Positions 25,838 through 32,000 of a stretch of 32,000 nucleotides of DNA are shown here, piece by piece. Source of the stretch: Candidatus Saccharimonadota bacterium (GTDB lineage: Bacteria > Patescibacteriota > Gracilibacteria > UBA1369 > 2-02-FULL-48-14); the NCBI GenBank assembly GCA_016699145.1, contig CP064962.1:420001-452000 (forward strand), read 5' to 3'. Position numbers and translations under genes: made by a program. Under the pieces are notes generated by a model. That model had not been told where the DNA came from. It saw only the letters and a program-made list of their open reading frames with translations, and did not search any database. The first letter of the stretch is position 1. Every line of letters starts with the position of its first letter.

Positions 25838-26393
25838 CACGGAACAGCTCAGTAAAATCCTTCGCTTGATCCACGCAGCCGAAGCTTCTTTGAAGTCAGC
25901 CCGCGAACTGCTCGGAGAAATCTCGCCTGAAACGGTGACAAACGAACCTCGCCTGCAAGTGAGTGACGCCAAAAGTTACGACGCCGGTGAAAGTCAAATT
26001 GTGGAAGGCACTTTCGACGGTCAAGGCATGATCGGTCCAAACGACAAAAACTACCCTGTCCCCGCCAACTACGCCAGCAAATCCAAACTGGTGGAGGGCG
26101 ACCGACTCAAGCTGACCATTTTGCCCAACGGCACCTTTTTGTACAAACAAATCGCACCCATCGATCGAGAATTTCTGCGTGGCACTTTGAACCGCGAAGA
26201 CGGCCAATACAAGGTGGTGGCCAATGGAAAAAGCTACCGCGTGCTACTCGCTTCCGTCACCTACTACAAAGGAAACGTGGGCGATGAAGTGACGCTCATC
26301 GTGCCCAAAAACCGCGAATCGGCCTGGGGAACTTTGGAGGCGGTGCTGCCTCAAAGCGAAGGAGCGGAAGTCAGTGAAGCGGACAGTTTTTAG
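25830..26393 (+). CDS. Hypothetical protein (187 aa). Its start overlaps the ftsQ stop by 8 nt.
   Basis: ORF track entry with translational coupling to ftsQ. No family recognised. Confidence 0.5.
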   Translation: MTNTEQLSKILRLIHAAEASLKSARELLGEISPETVTNEPRLQVSDAKSYDAGESQIVEGTFDGQGMIGPNDKNYPVPANYASKSKLVEGDRLKLTILPNGTFLYKQIAPIDREFLRGTLNREDGQYKVVANGKSYRVLLASVTYYKGNVGDEVTLIVPKNRESAWGTLEAVLPQSEGAEVSEADSF

Positions 26394-26464
26394 AGACCAT
26401 CTCCAACCAGAAGCCGATTGACCCAAACCTCGATTCGGTCTACTCTAAAACAAAATTTCGACCC

Positions 26465-27370
26465 ATGGACAACAATCCCATCAGTCTCACTCAAGCTTTA
26501 AACCACATTCAATCCTGGCTCAACGCCGGCGAATACGACAAAGTGATTCAAGGCTGTTCCGAAATCTTAGAGATGGAGCCCGAAAATTCACGCGCCCTTG
26601 CGCTCATGAAAATGGCGGAACAACGCCGTCACGAAGCCACCATGGCTCCAAGCAGTGCCCCTCAAAATGGCACTCCCCTAGCTCCCAACAACGACCCTCT
26701 TGCCAATCTGCAAGTGGAGGAACGCCAGGAAGCCAATGAAGCCCGTCCCCCTTTCGAAGCCATGCCAGCCCCAAGTGCAGCCACAAGTCGAGAAAGCGCT
26801 GTCCCCTTGCGCGAAGAATTCAACGAAAGCTTGGATAAGCGCAAACTCTTTTTGGCCATGCTCGTTCCAGCAGTGCTGGTGGTGGTGCTGGGTGGAAGCC
26901 TCATTTGGTACCTTGCCGATCGAGAACGAAACGAGACCATTGCTGGCAACGGGAACTCAGACGTGAATCAATCCGTACCTGTAGACACAGCCTATTTAGA
27001 TGACAATGAAGAGCGAGTGGAACAAATGACCGCCATCAGCAGCGTCATTGAAGCGTACCGCCAAAACAAAGGGAAATACCCCGAAGCGGACGATTTAGAA
27101 CGCATTCTTGTGGAAAGTGATGAATTCAGCGAAGTGCCCAGCGATCCCAAACAAGGTGAGGTGGATGTCGAAGGCAAACCTTTCGGTTATATGTATGCAG
27201 TTTATGACAGCAAGTTTGGGAAATCCAACCAGTACTACATCCTCTCGGCCCTCTTTGAAGACAGCAAAGGAGTGGGTTACGAATGGAACGTGGGTGAAAG
27301 CGTAAAAAATTACGAAAACTACCGTGACATTGCTCAAGACAATGTGAGTTTCATTGGCAGCAGCAAATAA
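26465..27370 (+). CDS. Membrane-anchored protein with a TPR-like N-terminus, a Pro/Ala-rich linker, one TM segment, and a pseudopilin-like C-terminal globular domain
   Basis: TM segment LFLAMLVPAVLVVVLGGSLIWYL. The C-terminus (..YRQNKGKYPEADDLERIL..VPSDPKQ..GYMYAVYDS..YYILSALFED) resembles the variable globular domain of type IV pilins/pseudopilins but lacks the N-terminal prepilin motif. Confidence 0.45.
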   Translation: MDNNPISLTQALNHIQSWLNAGEYDKVIQGCSEILEMEPENSRALALMKMAEQRRHEATMAPSSAPQNGTPLAPNNDPLANLQVEERQEANEARPPFEAMPAPSAATSRESAVPLREEFNESLDKRKLFLAMLVPAVLVVVLGGSLIWYLADRERNETIAGNGNSDVNQSVPVDTAYLDDNEERVEQMTAISSVIEAYRQNKGKYPEADDLERILVESDEFSEVPSDPKQGEVDVEGKPFGYMYAVYDSKFGKSNQYYILSALFEDSKGVGYEWNVGESVKNYENYRDIAQDNVSFIGSSK

Positions 27371-27383
27371 AATCGAGTGGAAA

Positions 27384-28355
27384 ATGGCTTTCTCGTGGAA
27401 CAACTTAAAACGTCCCATTCTGGCGCTGGCCCCCATGGCAGGCTACACCGATACCGCCTATCGTCAGCTCATCAAAGGCATTGAGCCGCGCGTCATTTGC
27501 TTCACCGAGTTCACCAGCGCCGACGGCCTGGTCTACGGCAGCAAAATGACCTTAAAACAACTGGACTTCAACCCGAACGAAGAGCGCCCTTTGGTGGCTC
27601 AAATTTTTGGGAAGAAGCCTGAGCATTTCGCCAAAGCCGCCAAAATCATCGAAGAGATGGGCATCGATGCCATCGACATCAACATGGGCTGTCCTGCAAA
27701 AAAAGTGGTGTCCAGTGACCACGGCAGCGCCCTTTTAAAAAAACCTTGCCGCGCGATAGAACTGGTGGAAGCCACGGTGAAAGCCACTCAAGTTCCGGTA
27801 TCTGTAAAAACACGCATTGGCTCGGATCAATTGGATCTACCCTGGTTCGTTCAATTTTGCAAAGACCTCGAAAGCGCCGGCATTCAACTGCTCACCATCC
27901 ACGGTCGCACGGCCAAACAAATGTACACCGGTAAAGCCGACTGGGAACCCATTTACGAGGTGAAACGGAATCTAAAAATCCCAGTGATTGGGAATGGAGA
28001 CATTCGCAGCGTGGCCGATGCTCGTGAAAAACTCGGCAACCTAGATGGCGTGATGGTGGGTCGCGGCACCATGGGCAACCCCTGGCTCATGGCTGAAATT
28101 GCGGCAGATTTTTACGGCGAAACCTATGTGCCTCCCAAAACGTTTCAAGAAAAATTGCCCACCTATTTGCGCCACGCAGAGCTTTTGGCAGAATACAAAG
28201 GCGAAGAACATGGCATGAAAGAAATGCGCAAACATTTCGTGAATTTGATCCGCGGTTTCGATGGCGCGAGCGAGGCTCGCGCCCAAGTCGTGCAAATTTC
28301 CACTTTAGAAGAAGCCAAACGCGTGCTGAGTGCCTTGGCTGAATGCCAAAAATAA
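27384..28355 (+). CDS. dus: tRNA-dihydrouridine synthase
   Basis: Motifs LAPMAGYTDTAYRQL, IDINMGCPAKKV and HGRT. The ATG at 27384 is preferred over the track start at 27354. Confidence 0.85.
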   Translation: MAFSWNNLKRPILALAPMAGYTDTAYRQLIKGIEPRVICFTEFTSADGLVYGSKMTLKQLDFNPNEERPLVAQIFGKKPEHFAKAAKIIEEMGIDAIDINMGCPAKKVVSSDHGSALLKKPCRAIELVEATVKATQVPVSVKTRIGSDQLDLPWFVQFCKDLESAGIQLLTIHGRTAKQMYTGKADWEPIYEVKRNLKIPVIGNGDIRSVADAREKLGNLDGVMVGRGTMGNPWLMAEIAADFYGETYVPPKTFQEKLPTYLRHAELLAEYKGEEHGMKEMRKHFVNLIRGFDGASEARAQVVQISTLEEAKRVLSALAECQK

Positions 28356-28386
28356 GGTATACTTACAAAGATTGAACCCCTACGCC

Positions 28387-28830
28387 ATGGTTCGAAAATT
28401 CCTCGCCACCGCCTTGCTCAGTTTAACTTTGAGCTTCGTGCAACCCGCTATGGTCTCTGCCGAAACCACGAGCAACTTCAATGTGTTTGATGTGTTCAGT
28501 ATCGACGAAGAAGAAGATACAACGACTGGAAAGAGCACCATCAACGGCAGCACCACCATCAGTGATAATATCAAAGATTACGCAAAGGAACACACCGGCG
28601 GCAACGTCCCCATGGCCATCATTATGCGAGCCATCAATGTACTGATGCTGCTCATCGGTACTTTTGCTTTTTTGGTCATTTTTTACAGCGGCGTCTTGCT
28701 GGTCACCGCCAACGGAGATGAAGGAAAATTGGAAAAAGGAAAAGGCATGATTGTGCCCGCCATTTTAGGCTTGGTCTTTGCCTTTTTAGCCTATTACATC
28801 ACCGTCTTTATTCAATCGTTTTTCTACTGA
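28387..28830 (+). CDS. VirB2/TrbC-like (T4SS-pilin-like) secreted TM-hairpin protein, paralog 1
   Basis: Signal peptide MVRKFLATALLSLTLSFVQPAMVSA, then the C-terminal module ..LLIGTFAFLVIFYSGVLLVTANGDEGKLEKGKGMIVPAILGLVFAFLAYYI.. Confidence 0.6.
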   Translation: MVRKFLATALLSLTLSFVQPAMVSAETTSNFNVFDVFSIDEEEDTTTGKSTINGSTTISDNIKDYAKEHTGGNVPMAIIMRAINVLMLLIGTFAFLVIFYSGVLLVTANGDEGKLEKGKGMIVPAILGLVFAFLAYYITVFIQSFFY

Positions 28831-29627
28831 TGCGTCTCTTTGCCCTCCTCATTCTCGCTCCTTGTCTATGGATGTTCAGCATTGCACCCATCGCCTTCGC
28901 CGACACCATGAATTTAGGGGTTTGTAACTTTGGGATGCTAGGGATACAAGGCAGTCCCACCAGCAGCACCGGGCAAGCCCTGAGTGAAGAGGTCACACAA
29001 AAATCGAACGAATATGAGACGCGCTACACAGAAGCCTACAATCCCCCCTCCACACAAGAAAATTCAGAAGCTGAAACAGATACCAATTATTGTGGACAAA
29101 ACAATCCCGCCACCGGAATGATTGAAAAAGGAGATTGCACCAGTCAAGTGATCACTGAAATTTCAGAAGTGGTCAGCAGTGCCACTCTTGACGGAGACCA
29201 AAACGAAGACCGCATCATCAACCTCTATCAAGGCCTCTGCTGCCTTTCTTACAACACCGAGGTCACAACTTGTTATGAAACTCGCACTTTCTACACCGAA
29301 ACGCTCAACGAATGTAAGGCCATAGAAAACGGCGCCAACACCCTAGGCGAAAGGACCAACTGCCAACTGCAACAATGGCTCATCGCTGACACCGGAATGG
29401 GCATTTTGAAGCTGTATGTAAAACAAATTTTCACCTTTGGCGCCTTCTTGGTGGGCTCCATGGCCGTGACCACCATCATTTTGAATGGCGTGCGCATCAG
29501 CGCCACGGGCGTCAGCGGCGACATTTCAGAAGCCAAACAAAAAATCACTCAAGCTCTTTCGGGAATCATTCTGCTTTTCCTTTCGGCGTTGATCCTCTAC
29601 AGCATTAATCCTGACTTCTTCGGCTGA
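28830..29627 (+). CDS. VirB2/TrbC-like secreted TM-hairpin protein, paralog 2, with an 8-Cys ectodomain
   Basis: Signal peptide ending ..IAFA|D. The ectodomain has 8 cysteines. C-terminal module: FGAFLVGSMAVTTIILNGVRISATGVSGDISEAKQKITQALSGIILLFLSALILY. The start overlaps the upstream stop (TGATG). Confidence 0.55.
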   Translation: MRLFALLILAPCLWMFSIAPIAFADTMNLGVCNFGMLGIQGSPTSSTGQALSEEVTQKSNEYETRYTEAYNPPSTQENSEAETDTNYCGQNNPATGMIEKGDCTSQVITEISEVVSSATLDGDQNEDRIINLYQGLCCLSYNTEVTTCYETRTFYTETLNECKAIENGANTLGERTNCQLQQWLIADTGMGILKLYVKQIFTFGAFLVGSMAVTTIILNGVRISATGVSGDISEAKQKITQALSGIILLFLSALILYSINPDFFG

Positions 29628-30418
29628 TGAAAAAACTACTGCTCACCTTGCTCATGGTCCTCACCTTAGCGGTCCCTCTGGCCACCGCTGCGGTCACAGA
29701 AGTGCCCCTCATTCCGGCGCCGGACTTTTTGCCCACCCCTCCTCCAGAAACCACGGGTGGCCTACTTCAAGATTACGTACTGGACACGGCGGTGCCCAAA
29801 GCCATCAACATCGGCATTGGAATTTTAGCCCTCACCGCCTTCATGGGCATCCTCATTGCGGCAATTCAAATGCTCACGGCTTATGGAGACGAAACTAAAA
29901 TCGGACGCGGAAAAACCAACCTGCGTTACAGCATACTCGGCCTCATCATTGTGATGCTTTCTTATGCCCTTGTTTCTATTGTGGTTTCGGTGGCTCTGCC
30001 TCAAGAAAGCGAAACCTCTTGGATTCCCTCTGCCTACGCCGTGGACGTGGAACGGGACCCCAGCATTCTTTTGCCCGACGTGGAAACGCTGATCGAAAGC
30101 CATGATGAGCAAGGACGAGTCTCCTTGCCCAGCGGAGATTTTCTTGGAGAAATTGTGCCCGCCGTGGTCACCAACATCCTATATTTTGTGGGCTTTTTGC
30201 TCTTCATTGCCTTGCTTTATGGTGGCGTCCTCATTGTGATTGGACGAGGAAATGAAGAAGAAATCACTAAGGCAAAAACCATCGTCCTTTACGCATCCAT
30301 TGCGCTAGGCTTGGTCTCTTTGGGCTACGCCATTGTTTATGGCATCGTGACGCTCAACTTCAATCAAGACAGCAGCACCACTACAGACGACGCTTTTACC
30401 GAAATGCAAAATGAATAA
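29627..30418 (+). CDS. VirB2/TrbC-like secreted protein, paralog 3, carrying two TM-hairpin modules
   Basis: Signal peptide MKKLLLTLLMVLTLAVPLATA. Module a: ILALTAFMGILIAAIQMLTAYGDETKIGRGKTNLRYSILGLIIVMLSYALV. Module b: FVGFLLFIALLYGGVLIVIGRGNEEEITKAKTIVLYASIALGLVSLGYAIV. The start overlaps the upstream stop (TGATG). Confidence 0.55.
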   Translation: MKKLLLTLLMVLTLAVPLATAAVTEVPLIPAPDFLPTPPPETTGGLLQDYVLDTAVPKAINIGIGILALTAFMGILIAAIQMLTAYGDETKIGRGKTNLRYSILGLIIVMLSYALVSIVVSVALPQESETSWIPSAYAVDVERDPSILLPDVETLIESHDEQGRVSLPSGDFLGEIVPAVVTNILYFVGFLLFIALLYGGVLIVIGRGNEEEITKAKTIVLYASIALGLVSLGYAIVYGIVTLNFNQDSSTTTDDAFTEMQNE

Positions 30419-30839
30419 ATCTCTCTTCAAAAAAATCTTGCTGAGCATAATGGCCAGTGCCCTGTTCTGGAGTCTGACTCAAGGCGCTTGGGCAGTCATA
30501 CAAATTCCAGACATTACACGCCCCGACAACCTGCCAGGTTTCGAACCCATCGACACGGAAAACTCCGAGCACCCTGAACTCAATGCCACCCAAAACATCA
30601 TTCTTTTTGTGGGAAGCATGGTGAGCCAAGTTTTGCTCTTTATGGCGACCATCGCCATTATTTTTGTGATTTTAGCCGGAGCCAATTACATCTTTGCCTT
30701 TGGTAAAGACGAACGCATCGAACGTGGAAAACGCGGAGTGTTTTGGTCTTTGGCCGGACTCATCATCATCCTTCTTTCTTACTCCGTTGTACAAGGCGTC
30801 ATCTCTCTGATCTTACAAGTGGACTTTTCCACAAGATAA
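30411..30839 (+). CDS. VirB2/TrbC-like secreted TM-hairpin protein, paralog 4
   Basis: Signal peptide ..SLTQGAWA, then the module LLFMATIAIIFVILAGANYIFAFGKDERIERGKRGVFWSLAGLIIILLSYSVV. It overlaps the upstream gene by 8 nt (ATGAATAA). Confidence 0.6.
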   Translation: MNKSLFKKILLSIMASALFWSLTQGAWAVIQIPDITRPDNLPGFEPIDTENSEHPELNATQNIILFVGSMVSQVLLFMATIAIIFVILAGANYIFAFGKDERIERGKRGVFWSLAGLIIILLSYSVVQGVISLILQVDFSTR

Positions 30840-30874
30840 CATTAGGATTGGCGTGTTTATTTTTATTCTATCTT

Positions 30875-31231
30875 ATGAAAAACCTCACGTTTTTAGTCCT
30901 CGCCACCCTCGCCTTGACTGCTTGCAGCAGCGGCCAAAGTAAAACCGACCAAGCCGGCATCGCCATGGCTCAAGTCAGCTGCCTGCTTTTCGACGAAAGC
31001 GTCACCTTCGATCAAATCACTCAAAAAAGCGATGAATTCTTGAAAGAACAGGGCTGGGAAAGCTTGGATGATTTCGACGCCTACCTCAGTTCCATCAAAG
31101 GCACGGCAGACGCACAGGCCATCAAAACAGCAGCCTTAGACAGCATGTCAGAATCCTGCAAAGAAGGCATCGCCGAAGTGGGAGGAACTCCCGAAGAATT
31201 CATGGATGCCATGTTGGAAGTCCAAGAATAA
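30875..31231 (+). CDS. Small lipoprotein
   Basis: MKNLTFLVLATLALTAC: signal peptide with the lipobox L-T-A-C. I chose the ATG at 30875 over the longer track ORF, which overlaps the previous gene. Confidence 0.55.
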   Translation: MKNLTFLVLATLALTACSSGQSKTDQAGIAMAQVSCLLFDESVTFDQITQKSDEFLKEQGWESLDDFDAYLSSIKGTADAQAIKTAALDSMSESCKEGIAEVGGTPEEFMDAMLEVQE

Positions 31232-31233
31232 TT

Positions 31234-32000
31234 TCACTCCGCCATTGGAGGGAATAGCGCTTCCTGCAAAAGCAGATGGTCTTCGCCAAGTTGCAGCAGC
31301 ATCTTGTGTGACGCATCTGGAATCACAGACGCCAGCATCCTTCCAAGTTCACGACACACGACAATCAAATTGCCAAGCACGCTTTCGAGGCGTGCTTTGT
31401 CGGTCTTGGCCAATTCCCACGGTTTTTCTTGATCCACATACAAATTTGCGGCTCGAGCGAGTTCCATCACCGATTCCAATGCCCCTTTGATATCGAAACT
31501 CAAAAAACCTTCATGAAAACCTTTCCACGCCTTATCGATGGAATCTTGAAGCTTGCCATCCCCTTGAGGCACCTTTCCTTCAAAATGCTTAAGGGCCAAA
31601 GTCAAAACGCGGCGCAGCAAGTTGCCTAAGGTGTTTTGCAGTTCATCTTTATAAACTGTTTTAAAGCGTTCTTGTGAAAAATCTCCGTCTCCATCGCTGG
31701 GAATTTCACGCAACAAATAATAACGAACGGCATCCACTCCGTAACGGTCCACCAATTCCATGGGGTTCACCACATTGCCCAAAGTTTTACTCATCTTCTG
31801 ACCTTCGCTGGTCACAAAACCGTGCACATAAACCGCTTTGGGCAAAGGCAGCTGCGCGGCCATCAGCATCCCAATCCAAATTCCACAGTGAAAACGAATG
31901 ATGTCCTTGCCAATCAAATGCACATCCGCCGGCCAAAACTTTTTCCACTTTGCATCGTCATCCGCATAACCGAGCGCCGTTAAATAATTGGTGAGCGCAT
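31234..32000 (-). CDS. metG: Methionyl-tRNA synthetase, C-terminal portion. The gene continues beyond the window end.
   Basis: KMSKS motif present as KMSKTLGNVV; also HLIGKDIIRFH. The frame remains open upstream of 31923 (..TNYLTALGYADDDAKWKKFWPADV). Confidence 0.9.
   Translation of the reverse strand, partial: ALTNYLTALGYADDDAKWKKFWPADVHLIGKDIIRFHCGIWIGMLMAAQLPLPKAVYVHGFVTSEGQKMSKTLGNVVNPMELVDRYGVDAVRYYLLREIPSDGDGDFSQERFKTVYKDELQNTLGNLLRRVLTLALKHFEGKVPQGDGKLQDSIDKAWKGFHEGFLSFDIKGALESVMELARAANLYVDQEKPWELAKTDKARLESVLGNLIVVCRELGRMLASVIPDASHKMLLQLGEDHLLLQEALFPPMAE

Overview
The window is a bacterial chromosomal segment with standard stop-codon usage. I found no rRNA, tRNA or CRISPR array. Gene content (T4SS-pilin-like arrays, SLH and BNR surface proteins, a compact housekeeping set) suggests an uncultivated small-genome lineage, but that is inference only.

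The GC-richer backbone (single 60-nt lines spot-counted at about 50-60% GC) carries housekeeping and envelope genes:
- rlmN
- a class II ribonucleotide reductase (nrdJ) broken into two overlapping ORFs behind putative NrdR boxes
- ftsQ, dus, and a partial metG
- a GtrA-GalE-GT2 operon convergent with a large GT-C-like membrane protein
- SLH/beta-propeller and BNR-repeat surface proteins

Between about 4.1 and 13.4 kb lies a patchy, GC-poorer accessory segment (spot counts 33-48%). It contains:
- two complete copies and one window-truncated copy of an identical ~550-bp IS200/IS605-type element carrying only tnpA
- a small two-ORF IS5-family element that is itself interrupted by one IS200 copy and is inserted into an ATP-grasp gene, giving three nested layers
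- a minus-strand operon of two unknown proteins (241 aa and 520 aa), a two-domain SAM methyltransferase, a LysE-type exporter and the broken ATP-grasp ligase
- a MNT/HEPN toxin-antitoxin pair abutting rlmN

The two regions I consider most worth follow-up are this decaying ATP-grasp/methyltransferase/exporter operon with its orphan proteins, and a tandem, translationally coupled array of four VirB2/TrbC-like TM-hairpin secreted proteins (28.4-30.8 kb) with no secretion machinery nearby. All functional calls rest on motifs read by eye from the translations. No database search was possible.
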